A DNA stretch of 63,520 bases, the filler included, from Rhabdomonas costata (lineage: Eukaryota): the NCBI GenBank assembly GCA_019059605.1. It is 36 parts of 36 records of this genome, joined end to end, with 100 filler letters (N's around TTAATTAATTAA, not from the genome) between each part and the next. Parts side by side here need not be neighbours in the genome. Positions count along the whole stretch, not along the records: positions 49,494 to 51,160 come from JAHMHO010011010.1; positions 51,261 to 52,926 come from JAHMHO010011011.1; positions 53,027 to 54,692 come from JAHMHO010011012.1; positions 54,793 to 56,457 come from JAHMHO010011013.1; positions 56,558 to 58,223 come from JAHMHO010011014.1; positions 58,324 to 59,989 come from JAHMHO010011015.1; positions 60,090 to 61,755 come from JAHMHO010011016.1; positions 61,856 to 63,520 come from JAHMHO010011017.1; 28 more parts are not named here. One strand, 5' to 3'. A program made the translations under genes and the position numbers. Below the pieces are notes generated by a model, which saw only the letters and a list, made by a program, of their open reading frames with translations, was not told the origin of the DNA and searched no databases. The first letter of the stretch is position 1, and every line of letters begins with the position of its first letter. Of this stretch, positions 49,839-62,689 are shown piece after piece.

Positions 49839-50670
49839 GTGTGGACCAGCCGCTTGAAGCGCACTGTGGAGACGGCAAAGGAGCTGCAGGCGATGGGCTA
49901 CCGTGTGCGGCGGTGGGCGGCGCTGAATGAGATCAATGCGGGGGTATGAATCGCCAGGATATCCTGGCTTGGCGCCCCGCAGGCCGAAGGATTTGTGCTT
50001 ATCGGCAATCCTGCAACTTGGAACAGACCTGACCTCAGCCGCAGCGTGAAACGTTGCAGCTCCAATGAACTGGAGTAAGTGATTTCAGTCGAATGGAGCG
50101 TATTACTATTTCTTCATTTTCATCATTTTTCACGAAAAATCTGAAGCTGACCCGTTATTAATTATTAACCCGTTAAAAACCCCCGCTATTAACCCGATGG
50201 AAGAACCTGGATCAGGCATCATAACTCTGCTGTTGCGGAAGATCGACGCAGAAGAATCAGGATCATCTGCGTAGATGCGCGGTCAGACGGTCAGATTCGG
50301 CTGAGATTCGTGCAGTGAGTGAGTGAGTGTGTTTGTGTCAACCCGAAGGCCAGTGGTTCCGTTTTAATTTTGATGTGGTGGGCTCCGTATACCTTTACGG
50401 TACTGAAAAGGTTGTTAGCATGACTGTAACCGAACTCTTAGTCCCCGAACAGGCTGTCGCCACCTGTTGATGTTGTGCTGTTTTCTCGTGTTTTGAGGTG
50501 ATTCGTTTGCCCCTTTCCAACCCGAAGTGGTACTCTTTGTGTGGATATCGTTTTGACTTGTTCTTTTCCTTCCTTGTTTTTGCACTTGCAAAAAAGATCT
50601 GCGAGGACCTGACGTACACTGACGTCCACGTGGAGTACCCGTACATCAACCACCTGAGGGCTCAGAACAA
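49839..50670 (+). CDS. PFKFB: 6-phosphofructo-2-kinase/fructose-2,6-bisphosphatase, phosphatase-domain exons (49839-49943, 50597-50670)
   Basis: Spliced: VWTSRLKRTVETAKELQAMGYRVRRWAALNEINAG|ICEDLTYTDVHVEYPYINHLRAQN. This matches FBPase-2 VWTSxLxRTxxTA...WxALNEIxAGxCExxTYxxxxxxYP. Phase-0 GT-AG intron. Confidence 0.9.
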
Positions 50671-51834
50671 GTACGGATGCCCTGCACTCGGCTCTCAAGA
50701 AGCTTTCCACGGGGCACTCTTGAACTGCCTTTTGAAAGAGCTTAAGCTGTTTTTTCACAGCAGCTGGAATTGTTTCCTGTCCATCGAAAAGCAAAATGAA
50801 GAGCAAAGAGTGGGTGGATCTCTCTCTATCCTGTCTTTTTGGCGGCGACGGATGGGGATGGGGTGGGGTTGCCCGAAGTGCAAGTGAGCTTAGCTTGGGG
50901 ATCTGGTCCTGACCTTCGTACCCAAACTAAAAGATTTGATAGGCAGCAACTCACAGGAACTGCAGGAACAGCCAGTTTCCATCGGAGTCACCATGACGTT
51001 GTGAGTGCCACCGTTCATAACTGTTCGGCGATCGGTGGTATGTCAGCAACAAAACATTTTGACGATTTTTTTATGGGCAATGGCGCAAGGAGATGGGAAG
51101 GGAAAGAGGGAAAGAAGGGAAACATCGTCAAAATGTTTTCTTGCTGACATACCCCCAACANNNNNNNNNNNNNNNNNNNNNNNNNNNNNNNNNNNNNNNN
51201 NNNNTTAATTAATTAANNNNNNNNNNNNNNNNNNNNNNNNNNNNNNNNNNNNNNNNNNNNTTTTGTTGGGCCCTTTGTTACACAGTGACACCGGCGTAAC
51301 AAAGGGCGCAACGTAACCAAATGGCTCTGTGCAATAGGTGTGCCTCGGAAAACAAGTGGCTCAATGGAAGTTCTTTTCATACCGACTCATTGTGGTTGTT
51401 TTAGTGTGTGCCTCCTGATTTTCTATTATATCCACATCTGCTGTTCTCGTGGGCGCTGGTTAAGGGCACTCTTGTGTTGAAATATTTGGTGGGGGCTCAA
51501 TGATCAGAAGCCCACAAAGTGCGGCGTGGTGGAAGACACCGGTGTCTACATAGATGGTCAAGAATGTATTAGCGACAAAGCACACGGATGGTGGTGCCTT
51601 ACGTGTTGTGAATGGTTGGAGTTGTGGTTTCATTTGCTAGTTGTCATGAATCAAGACATCCGCGGTGTCCTAGTACTTTGCATTCTAATGGGCCAGCGGT
51701 GGCAATTAAAATGGTAAGCACCTGCTAGGGATACCACGTTCATCATATGTGGGCGGTTCAAGATGGTTTCCAAGGTCTTCCTTTTGTTTTTCGTGTGTAA
51801 AAAATTTGTTTTTTCCCATTGGATCCCGCAGGAC

Positions 51835-52812
51835 CTGCTCGATATCTTTAGGGATGGCCCCGTCAGATGGCAGCTCGCGCTTTTAATCGTTCAAGCACCA
51901 CCATTTCAAGCGCGGTAGGAGTTAGAAGGCCGGGCCGCCAACGGAAGAGATAGGACTTCACAAGGCGCTGTCGTCCAAAAACCCGAAATCTTCCCACTCC
52001 CACCTTTGGGTCGCTAGAAGTGGGGTTAAGCAAGCGCAGAAGAACAATAATACCAGTGGGTGTCCCAAAAAACCCGGCGGACCGGCACGTTTTCACCTTC
52101 GGGCTCCGACCTGTTTCGCGACCGAGAAATGATCAATTTTGCCCGCCTTTGAGCAACACTTAAACACGGAGATTGTTTTGAAACGACCATGCTGCGCACT
52201 CCTGTTCCCTTGGCGTGTTTTTTGCGATTTTGGTCCCGTTTTGGAAAGGAATAACGCCAGTATGGTGGAATCGGGCGCCAGTTCGATTCGGCATGATAGC
52301 AGAACAAACCTGGAAAGCTGGGCTTAAAGCGGTTTCCCAACCGGATAGGAAAAGGTGCTTTCCCGCCGCTTGAATAACCGCGCGGGCCAAAAAGCTCAAG
52401 AGGTCGGACGCGGCGGGTGCAATCATATTTTTCGGTCGGCATGATTTTTTCGGATCAAATATGGTTAAAGAAAAGCAAAGGGAACCTATTTAGAACGCTT
52501 CAAATGGGTGGTGCCAGAAACTGTGGTGTCCAGTTCCGTCTTTTGGGGCCATCCGTCGAAACGGGGCCCAAATCCCAGGATTTAATCCATGAACCGCTTT
52601 TGGAAAAAAGCCCGGTGCAAAAACCCTTGCTTCTGATATGACACGACCGTTCCCAAGGCCGCGTTGCTGCCTCTTGGAGTCGCCTCGGCTTGCAGCTTGC
52701 TGGCCGCGCGCGCGCCAGTGAAGAGATGCTTCCCACATCTACCCGGTTTGCCCCGCCGGCAATTGGTCCAGCAGGCGCCGCAAGAGCTTAGCGTACTTTT
52801 GTCAGACGGCAC
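51835..52812 (-). mobile_element. Possible decayed tyrosine recombinase (DIRS/TATE/VIPER-like) relic
   Basis: Across frameshifts: TGVRS, LIISRSRNRSEPEGENV (cf. LxIxRSKTDxxGEG), YLFRWRPGLLTPT...LKARA, GHP*RYRA (cf. GHSLRxGA). Each match is weak alone but the order is right. Confidence 0.3.
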
Positions 52813-53026
52813 GGCGGGCTCGGACCAATTACGTGGCTCCCGCGTAGCCCACTCGATCCACTCCCCTCCGTGGTCCCTCCCGACAAAGCGTTCGCTTTGT
52901 GAGCGCTGTCAACTCACCTAAGTGAGNNNNNNNNNNNNNNNNNNNNNNNNNNNNNNNNNNNNNNNNNNNNTTAATTAATTAANNNNNNNNNNNNNNNNNN
53001 NNNNNNNNNNNNNNNNNNNNNNNNNN

Positions 53027-54502
53027 GCGCTGCTGTCCAGCCACGTGCAAACGCTGACTTCAGTGGTACTGCTGCTGCTACTGCTTCCACTGAGCCCTCC
53101 TCCGCACTGGAAGGAGTACTCGTCGGTATTTTTCTCCCCACAGGGTGCTGTTGCTGCCGATCCCCCTGCGACGGGCGACGGACCCACTGGACCCTCCGAG
53201 AGCTCGGTGTGTCGACAATGCGAACGAAAGAGTTACCGTTCACACGCACCGAAATGTCAGGGTGCACGTGATCTTGGGGGGGGGCAGGAAAACCGGTAGA
53301 AACCTTTTCCCCGTTTCTTATTGGAGAATACTGCGAAAAATTTATTAGAGACCCCCCCCCCCGCAGGACACGTTTCGCCCTGCCCTGCCGCGCCTGCCGA
53401 GCGCTGACGCACCGTCGGCCCTTACGATCAATCCCAGCAACAGGGTCATCCTTAGCCAGCATCTACCTCTGGGGAGCACTGCCGAATCTTACCATGTTGA
53501 AGAAATCATTCCGATTTTAGTTGGGCTGGTACCACTGGGAACAGTTCCAAGTAGTTAATTGGGTCACAAGCAGACATTCGTCACGGTTGAAGAATGTCCA
53601 GCCCAAAAATTCCCCTGATTTTTATCCCCACCCGCCGCGTTCGGCGTGGAGGCTCGTTGGTGTGCTGGAGGGTTCATTACTCAGTCAGTAGCGACGTGAG
53701 CCACACCTGCATCTGCACTTAGTCCCCCTCTCTCCCGTTATCTGAGAGCGTTCTCCTGATGGATGCCATGCGCAGCTTGAAGATACACTTGTGACGTGAC
53801 CGCTGAACAAATTCACTGGAACGTCTTTTATTGGAATAATGTTCCTGGAGAGAAAGATCTCCCTTTTCCTGTGAACATCTGTTTCTATGCCGTTGTTTGT
53901 GGTGCGGTATTATAGGACGCTGGTGCAGCTGCTGAAGAGCCTTCCGCTGGCGACGACGTCTCCCCCACAGTGGCCGCTGTTCCTGCCGAGAGCAAGGTTT
54001 GCGTTACGGAGCGAACGTTGGAGGCGCAGGATCGATTTTTGTTTTGACCTTGAACACCGCCAAGGAGCACAGAAGCTGTGGAAACTTTCTCGCGTAGGGC
54101 TGCGGACGAGCATCGGCTATACCCGACCACCAGTGCGGGTGTTATGGTGGGTTTTAACATACATATGCCTCTTATGAACCAGAAGCCAACCCCCTCCACG
54201 CTCCATCTCACGTCGCGCAGGCAAATTTCAGGTGTGTATCATACAGTGCAACTGGTTCCTCAGATGGGGTGGCATGCTTCGCTCGATTCCAGCTGCTCCC
54301 TCACCCTTTGTTGGGGTGAGGCCCAAGCGCCCCGCCCATTGGGCTAAGGTTCCAAGCACCTTCATCTGTTTGACAGCTGATAACTTCCTTTTGCGCAGAG
54401 TGACCCCGAGCCTCCAAGTGCCGCAGACGACAGCGCTGCCAGCCCAGCAGCTCCGGCTAGCCCTTTTCACTCCGACGCCGGCTCGATGGCTGCTGCGGAA
54501 GG
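53027..54502 (+). CDS. Ala/Pro/Asp/Ser-rich disordered protein, several short exons
   Basis: AG/GT-bounded blocks GAVAADPPATGDGPTGPSESS, DAGAAAEEPSAGDDVSPTVAAVPAESK and SDPEPPSAADDSAASPAAPASPFHSDAGSMAAAE. Confidence 0.55.
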
Positions 54503-54792
54503 GTCGTGAGGTTTGCCAAAAAAAAGTTTGTCAAAAAGATTTTCCTCGCTGCTTTGTTTTGTGGATAGCCTTTTCTGAGGAAGGAATTGGAAACGAATAG
54601 AAAGAAAACGCTTACCTCCCATCCACAACAAGGCGATTGTTTGGTTGTCGCTTGGGGGTCGATGCGCAACATTATTAGTACCCACAACCCCCNNNNNNNN
54701 NNNNNNNNNNNNNNNNNNNNNNNNNNNNNNNNNNNNTTAATTAATTAANNNNNNNNNNNNNNNNNNNNNNNNNNNNNNNNNNNNNNNNNNNN

Positions 54793-55401
54793 CGCCCGCT
54801 GATGGACCGCGGAGACCGCGGCCTTTGCCAGGGTCTTCCACAGCCTCTTCTCCTCCCACACATGCTCCACCTTGGAGAACCCATTCACACAGGTCGCTAG
54901 ATCGATGGGATTGAGCTCCTCCCCCTGCGCCGTGACGGCCCTGGCGAGGGCCTTCCACAGAATCCGATACTCCACCAGATATCGCACTTTTGAGAAGGCG
55001 CTGACACAGCTCGCCAAGTCCCGAGCGGTCATCTGGTCCGCCATGGCCATCGCGGCGTCTGCAACCTTGCCCCACACCCCGCGGAACTCCAGCAGAGACC
55101 TCACCTTGGAGAGCCCAATCACGCATTGTGCAAGCTGCGGAGCAACCCCGCCCCAGGAGGCAGGGTCCATGGCGGCCCACTGTCTGGTCTGCGCGCCCAA
55201 AGCCACCGCAAGGGCCTTCCACAGCTCGAAGTCGTAGAAATGCTCGGGAAAACGTGAGAGGATCGATACCACTATCGCCAGGGTTTCCGCGTCGAATCCC
55301 TCGCCTCTGGCCGCCGCTGCGACCGCCTGAAGAACATCAGAGATGCGCTGGCGATCCTCGGGGGTACGTTGGGCCACGGGGCTCTCCAAAAGGCATCGCA
55401 A
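54793..55401 (-). CDS. Alpha-helical repeat protein with 39-aa units (OPR/HPR/FASTK-like), partial
   Basis: LAQCVIGLSKVRSLLEFRGVWGKVADAAMAMADQMTARD / LASCVSAFSKVRYLVEYRILWKALARAVTAQGEELNPID / LATCVNGFSKVEHVWEEKRLWKTLAKAAV, plus a degenerate preceding unit. Confidence 0.8.
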
Positions 55402-57212
55402 CTCCCAAGTCAGCTGGTGATTGGGGTCATTTGGGGGGTTGGTTTGTCATGTTTAGGGCAGAACCCTCGCCGCTGGGACGGCAGAAGGCGGTGGGCGAGC
55501 CGAGAAACCAGCAGCCGAGAAGGCTGGGCCCAGAATGGCATGGACAGGAGGGGGAAGGGGTGAAGCAGGAAGCCCTGTCCAGTAAAGCAACCTCCAGAAA
55601 GTCTTCAAGAAGCGGAAGAAAGAAGACCAGAAACGTGTCCACGTTGATGCGCAGCAAAACTGCACTGCTCAGCATCAAAGCCACAAACATATCATCTCTG
55701 GTTCAGGTCCATGCACTAGCTTATGGCGACTCTCTCCACCTGTCCCTTAGAATCGGGCTGACGGGAATCACTAAACATATGACGTTAAAGTGGACAGTTG
55801 CATCGCAACCGTTTCACTGTTTTTGAAAGTTGGGGAAGGTTCCTTCGATCGGTCGTTCACCTCTCGCGCATGGGAATCGCCAAAGTGAAAATATTAAAAC
55901 GTCCCATAAACGTCACCCGCCAGCTTCCTTCGTATTCCTGTTGCGCAAATACTACATCACGAATTCCACTGCATTGTGCATAGATGCTAAAGTCGCGAGA
56001 GAGAAAACCCGAGAAAAATCGATGCCAACCCTTCTCCCTCATCTCATTCAGACTGGCTGGTGTCACCTGAAGCAGAACACGGCAACGGCTGTACAGAGCA
56101 GTTGTTTCGGAAATCCTGGTAATCCGGTGCGGACACGGGGACACGGGAACGGGAGCCAACGAACGTACAGGATCACATCCGCGGCAAAGCAGACCACGTG
56201 GCATCCAAATGGAGCTTCCACCATCACTCTTAACTCATCCAATTCAAAAAGAGCGTGGAGTACAGCCCCCCCCCCACACACACCCGTATTATCGGCCACC
56301 GCAACCAACTGACTCGTGCCCACAACACTTTTCACCAGAGCGCGGATGGGCAGCGGTGGAATACAACAATCCTGCCGGTTCCCACAACCCATGGCGATGG
56401 AACTCAAAGCAACCAAATCACAGGCAACCCTCACAGTCAGAAAACTCACATGATGATNNNNNNNNNNNNNNNNNNNNNNNNNNNNNNNNNNNNNNNNNNN
56501 NTTAATTAATTAANNNNNNNNNNNNNNNNNNNNNNNNNNNNNNNNNNNNNNNNNNNNGGTGGTGGTGTTGATAATGCAAAAAGCACTGTGGCGGCAGTCC
56601 AGGAGCTGCGGAGTCTCAGTGTGTTTGAAGAAATTCGAAAGGAAAGGGAACATAAGAATAGTTCTAATCTCAATGGAGGAAGAGAGAGGATCCAGGGCTC
56701 CTGGGTCCTCTCTTCCCCATTGAGGTCGGTGAGAATCCAAAAAAGCACCAGGTCCGATACATACAGCCGTCAAATGGTCGAAGTTGTTGGTGTGGAAATG
56801 GCTTTTTGGCAGTGTCAGGTTGGCAGGAACCCCGAACCGGAGGGTGAGGACTATTTTTTTTTACGATTATTAGTTTAAGTTTTAGTAGTTATTTTTTATT
56901 AGTAGTTAGTGCCTTGTTCCATAGTTTTTCCTTCGTTTTCGCTGGCAGAGAGTGCGAAAATAGTCGAAAATATATGGTGCCGAGGAATTAACCGGTTGAA
57001 GATTGTTCCGATCCATTTCCGATGCTGGGCAAGCTATCGCAGGAGCTTTGTTCAGCTCTGAGTGAACGAAGGGGCTCGACCCACTGGGATACCCAGAACT
57101 CGGTCCCCAGAGGTCCACCGGACCCATGAAAAACGAGGTCGTCGAGCGGACCAGGACACCAAAGCCTCCACAACTCGCGATTAAGCTTTGCCTGTTTGCC
57201 CGATTTGCACAG

Positions 57213-57338
57213 GCCCTCCTTCGGCTTTTGCAAGAGAACCCGCGGATCACCGAGCTGGACGTCGAGGGCCAGCCCTTCCTGCTGTCCTCCCTGAAGGAGC
57301 GTATCGCCGAGCAGGCGGCCTCGAACCGGTTGCTGTGA
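57213..57338 (+). CDS. Terminal exon of a probable RI-like leucine-rich repeat protein
   Basis: After a CACAG acceptor: ALLRLLQENPRITELDVEGQPFLLSSLKERIAEQAASNRLL*, resembling LxxNxxIxxLDLxxN and an LRR C-cap. Confidence 0.55.
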   Translation, partial: ALLRLLQENPRITELDVEGQPFLLSSLKERIAEQAASNRLL

Positions 57339-59092
57339 CGGCCGCGGAAAGGGCGATCCGGACCGAGTTGCGCTGCATAGTCCGTGTTTTATAGCACAGG
57401 GTGTTCGTTGTGGACAACGTGTGCATGTTTGCCGCGTGGTATTTGTATGAGCGCTCTTCTGGAGCGAAGTGAACTTCTCCACTGATGATTGCATGCTCTT
57501 CAGTTCAAAGAGCTTCGGCCTTTTGAAGTGTGATGCTCCTGGTGGTTGTGGTGTTTTTGCGCCACAGCCCTTGGCGGTTTGGATTTGAGCTGTTGCGTTT
57601 AGGCTTTGAGTGAATGAGTGAAAGTCGATGATGCGGCCCATATCCAGCGACGCAGCAGTGCTAACGCTGCAGATATTGTCCTGCGACAGCCCGCCTCTTG
57701 ATCTTCATTGAGATGTCGAAAATTGCTTATCTTTGTTATTCTTTTGTTGGGAAGTTCCCTGAGATCTCTGAGACTCTAGCTAACTCTTGCCATAACACGC
57801 CCTTCAAGGGAATGTTGGGAATTGTGGCTGGTGTGAGTTGAACCTCTTGCACTCAGTAAACTCATTGGTCCATTTGTCCTGGCTTTGTTGTGGGGTGTGG
57901 GGTGCCCGTTCCTCGATTATGTAAGTGGCGTGCTTTTCTGCGGTTGATGGGCACGCTATCACCCATTTTCTCAAATCTTGGTGAGAGGTTGGAAGGTGAA
58001 GATGTAATAACTGCGCGCTCTGTCTTGGACGAGGCATACTAGGAGAATGGAGAGGCGGATTAAATGTCTGCCGCAAAGCCCATAGCGGGGGCGCAGCGAG
58101 TGGTGACGGGCGCAATGTTGCTGAGTGACTAGCTAACGTCTGCGGCCTAAAATTCGAATTTCAGTTTCTTATCGAGAGCAAACGGCAAAAGTGGCAGATT
58201 TGGCGGCCCTAGTCAGTGAGAACNNNNNNNNNNNNNNNNNNNNNNNNNNNNNNNNNNNNNNNNNNNNTTAATTAATTAANNNNNNNNNNNNNNNNNNNNN
58301 NNNNNNNNNNNNNNNNNNNNNNNGTGGGCGGTGCTTTCACGTCCTCTCCTCCTCATTGAGCCTCCTATGTCCTTGCACTGGGAAGTTTATCTTGTTGTTT
58401 CGCACTGTTGCCGATTATAGGTTACACCCGAAGTATTTATTATTATTATTTTTTGCCGCAAACCGACATAAGGTAGAAATGCCGTTGTCGCATGTTTTGA
58501 ATGTACCCGGACGTTTGCGGATTCAAAAAAAATTGAGCGCTGTGAACTACCTTGTGCACCGAAGGCACAGCTTTTTTTCGGGCGCTTCCGTGTTTGTGTG
58601 GATTTTTCGTAACCGATGCGGATTCCGTGACCGGAGGTTTTTTGGTGAAATTTCTTTCTGAGTTTATGGTAAAACGCACGTGATCAAAGAAAACATCCGA
58701 TGGAGACGATGGAAAGGATGAAACACCACGGGGACACGGGTACGTTGTGGAGACCGAAGAAGAAGTAGCGTACTGGTGCGGGAGGGGGCAATTTTTCGGA
58801 AACCCTCATGTTTTCCATTTTTGTAATTCCTTGCGTTTCTTTTTTTCCTTTTTGTTATTTCCTAGTGATAATTGAGGGTGAAGCCGAATCATCTCCGGGG
58901 TCTTTTTTTTTGCCTCCCCGGTCGGGTTTGGTTTCTCAAATGAAAAAAAGAATACGCGATATGCAAACCGCAGTGTCAGCGTAAGCCTGATTTCAGTTCT
59001 CCAAGCAAAAGCGAAAAATAGGCGGCATATTTTGCCCTTTGGGTCTTTATTTGTCGAACCCCCACCCACTTACCCGCTCGCTGTTGTTTTAG

Positions 59093-59989
59093 GTGATTCC
59101 GACAAACTTGTCCATGCGGATGCCCTTTCTCCTGGTCCTTATGTCCCTCCATCTGATGTAAACTGCCGCCCAGCGACGCTTGTTCCGGCTATGTCTGGAG
59201 TCGTGTCGGCGCCCCTTCCAGTGAGGCCCGTTGTCGTTTGGCCCCTTCTTGAGTCTGTTGTTGTCCCTGTTGCCCCTGTGCTACCACCCTCTCCTACTGC
59301 TACAGATAAGGTCTTGGTTGTAGATTTGCTGAAGGCCGACGGGGTTTTGCCAGAGTCAGGAAGCCTCCGATGCAAGCTGGGCGTTGGTAGACACGTGCTG
59401 TACAGTTCGGCGCAACCTGTGGCTCCCCACCTGAATTGGAACCAGAAACTTACGGTGCCCGTCGACGACGAGCGCAGCCAGACCTTAGACATCACGGTGT
59501 TGGATGAAACTTCCCATCCTATCGGGTGCCACCGCCTCAAGCTGGACTCACTGCACCGGTGTGTTCGGAAGGACGTTGTGGTCAAGCTCCAGCGAAGAAA
59601 TAGGGATGCTTCCTGGGTTCCCTTAGACCCGCCTGTTCGTGTTCATCTGGCGCTAACGGCGCAAAATTTTGGAAGAGAAGCGACATTCACAGAACGACCT
59701 GTCGATTCTGGGCAAGACTTGCCTGTTTTTCCACCTGAGGTCAGTGTTGGAACTGCTCTGGTCGCAGTTCCGCCATCACGAGATAAGGTCGGCCGTAGGG
59801 CTGGAGAAGTAGCTGTACCGCCGATGACCGGTGTGTCGTCAAGGATTTCCCTGAAGGATGCAACGCCTTTTGCTCGAGGTACTTCTCCAAACGAAGTGCT
59901 TTCCTTCCAGAAGATGGGAGAGGTCCTGCCACCTTCGTCGGCTGAAGCTCTTCCTTCACCGCCTTTTACACCTGAATCAACCACCACAA
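59093..59989 (+). CDS. C2-domain protein with Pro/Val-rich flanks (large exon)
   Basis: Open frame of about 300 codons: VLVVDLLKADGV...CKLGVG...NWNQKLTVPVDDERSQTLDITVLDE...IG..RLKLDSL...VHLALTAQNFG. Confidence 0.82.
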
Positions 59990-60679
59990 NNNNNNNNNNN
60001 NNNNNNNNNNNNNNNNNNNNNNNNNNNNNNNNNTTAATTAATTAANNNNNNNNNNNNNNNNNNNNNNNNNNNNNNNNNNNNNNNNNNNNTGTGGTGAGTG
60101 AGTGACTGAGTGACTGAGAGAGCCAGTGAGTCCATTGGCTTGTCGCTGCAAACGTGCAATGGGTGGTGGCGCTTTTCAGCGACACAAGGGCTGAAGCCTG
60201 GCGTCTAGCGTGCCGTTGCAATGCAACTGTCAACTGTCAACTGTCTCCATGCCTCGGTTTGTTCTCACATTACAAGTGCCGCAACAGAAACCATTACGCG
60301 GTCTCGTAATGCTCCCGCACGGCGTAGTATCCAGAAAAACCATCCGGTTCTGGTGGGCCCCCTCCCCACTCTTTCCGGCAGAATGCAGAGTGGCCAACGG
60401 CTAAACCGAAATGGCGTGCGCACAGCGCTCCTGTTGCCATTCTTTTCTTTTGGTCTATTTTAGAAACAAGGTGGTGGGGTAATGGTTAACTACAGTGCCA
60501 CTGCTTAATTTCTGAACTTTCATGCATTACTGGCTGAGACCAGAGCTCCAAGGACGAGCGCCTGAGAGGCACGTCGTCTTCTAATCCCCAACCAACAAGA
60601 ATCAGTGTCATCGGGATAGGCGCTTGTAAGGCGGCTGAGCGGTGAAATGGAGGTGGTGATGAAGGTGGTAGGGAGACGC

Positions 60680-60880
60680 TCGTACGTTTGGGTGCAGATC
60701 GCCGTCCTGACGTTGTACACCCGAACCTTCGAGTCCGCACACCCAGCAACGAGCCAGGGCTCCCGCTCTGGGGTTGCGGCGGGGGCACCATCCGCGCCCG
60801 CCGCGGGGGCCGCCGCGCTGCAGTACCGCAGGCACCGCACAGGGGACAGCCCCTCGTACACCGCCACCAAAGTGCCACTG
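60680..60880 (-). CDS. WD40-repeat protein exon
   Basis: SPVRCLRY...WLVAGCADSKVRVYNVRTAICTQTY is a typical WD40 blade. Confidence 0.75.
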
Positions 60881-62689
60881 CAGAAACGGAGCACAACCCG
60901 TCGATATGATTTCAATTCGGGAGAATGGATGAGGTTGTTTCGGAAACGTTTTCTCTCAAGGGGATTCTAAACATCACTCAAGGCATAAACACAACCTAAA
61001 CTCCAGCTGAATCCCAACATCCTCTACGCCCAAAAGGCACCTGCACCCATCGACGACTCTGGCTGCGCCCGTAACCGGAACCGTGGCCGTAACCATAACC
61101 ATAGCCCCCACCCCCCAATTTCAATTGGGCCCTACTTCCGCTTAGCACCAAAAAGTCTTTTGGCATGGCCAGCAACCCGGTTGAACGTACAACGCAGTTC
61201 GGTGAAAGAATATGATAACGATATGACCCCAACCATATGATCCCAACGTAGATCTTACAAGTGCGAGCACACACATACACAAACGCACCTCTCCACATTG
61301 ATACACTTCAGCAGCCCACCCACAGAGCAACTGAACAGCCGGTCCCCCGCGTACTGTAGTCCCGTTATCCGACCTGCCACAACACGTATTCATGTCGTGC
61401 AAATCGTCAAATATTTCTAAGGATGCCCACAAATCCAAACACATGCACAAGGCACAAGTTCATTTGAAGTTCTCCTCTAGACGGGCTTCTGATTGATTCT
61501 CCCGCCCTTGCGGCCGCTGCTTTGGGGGGTAATGAATGACCACCCAGAGGTCCTTAGGAAACCTCACGGGCGCGTGAGAACCACAGTCGTTTCAAACGAT
61601 GCCAACAGATGCACACACAAAATATGTGCACAAGGCGCTGTTTTCGTGGAGGTCGTTTCTGTCTCCAGCGAGCTTTCGAATTCGCTGTCCGCTATTGGCT
61701 GCTTCTCGGGGGTGCGAATTCGAAAGCTCGCTGGAGACAGAAACGACCCACAACANNNNNNNNNNNNNNNNNNNNNNNNNNNNNNNNNNNNNNNNNNNNT
61801 TAATTAATTAANNNNNNNNNNNNNNNNNNNNNNNNNNNNNNNNNNNNNNNNNNNNTTTTTTTGGTGATGAGGTTGAAGGGAGGCCAAACAAAAGAGAAAC
61901 CAAAGGACGAAAATAGGGTCCCGCAAACGCCCCACCGATGGGAAGGTGGGAGGGAGAGAAAGACGACTGCAGCGAGCAGCACAGGAGGTGGGATCTCGGT
62001 ACAGTGTGGTGGGTAAGCGCAGCATAGAGTGACAATGGGGTGTAGTTGCATAGGTGTGTACGCGAGAGCTATTTTTGGAAGAGCGCCCTCGACTATCGCC
62101 CCCAAAAGGAAACCCTCTCTTCTTGAGGCACACTCTAGCCCTGACTTTGTGTTGGGCTAAAGAGGAGAGGAAGATGAAAGATGGATGGGGCCGCGAATTA
62201 AAAGACGGAAACAGAATGTTGTCCACCTGGGGAGTGCCAACCCGTCTCCTTTTAAGGCTGCGCGCTTTGCGCATGGAGTCCGTTGCTTCTGAGTTTTCTT
62301 CCCACGTTGGAAGTCTTGTGGCAATTCGTGCCCAACCCTGCAGCCCCCTCCCATGTCTGCTCGCCAAACACAAGCCGGAGCAGGTAAGCCCTAGAAAACC
62401 ACTGCGCAGATGCGACAATTCTCAATGGCCACACCAAAATTTAAACCAGGAAGTTGGCCATGCGGAGGAGGGGGTGGGGTGGGGTTGAACGCACACCTCT
62501 AATACCAAAGCAGGGGATGAACGCGCAACACGCAAACCGAATCACAGAACAAAGCAAAAAGGCACAGGGAGGTCTATAGCCTCCGAATCCAGAGGTGTCT
62601 GGCAAGGGGGTGGGGATGAAATCCCCACCACACTCGCCAGAGAGTCCAAAAATGCAGCAAAACCCCGGACAACCCCTCTTTCCCTGCAT

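Noticed and set aside
49953..49968. Perfect 16-bp palindrome gccaggatatcctggc near an intron 5' end
   Set aside because: A single instance with no evidence of function.
61060..61120. GYGYGYGHGSGYG glycine-rich peptide
   Set aside because: A short degenerate hexamer repeat, probably intronic, with no splice-supported exon.
1713..61811. Regularly spaced identical TTAATTAATTAA palindromes as a CRISPR-like or other biological array
   Set aside because: Each is embedded in fixed N runs. It is a synthetic six-frame stop linker.
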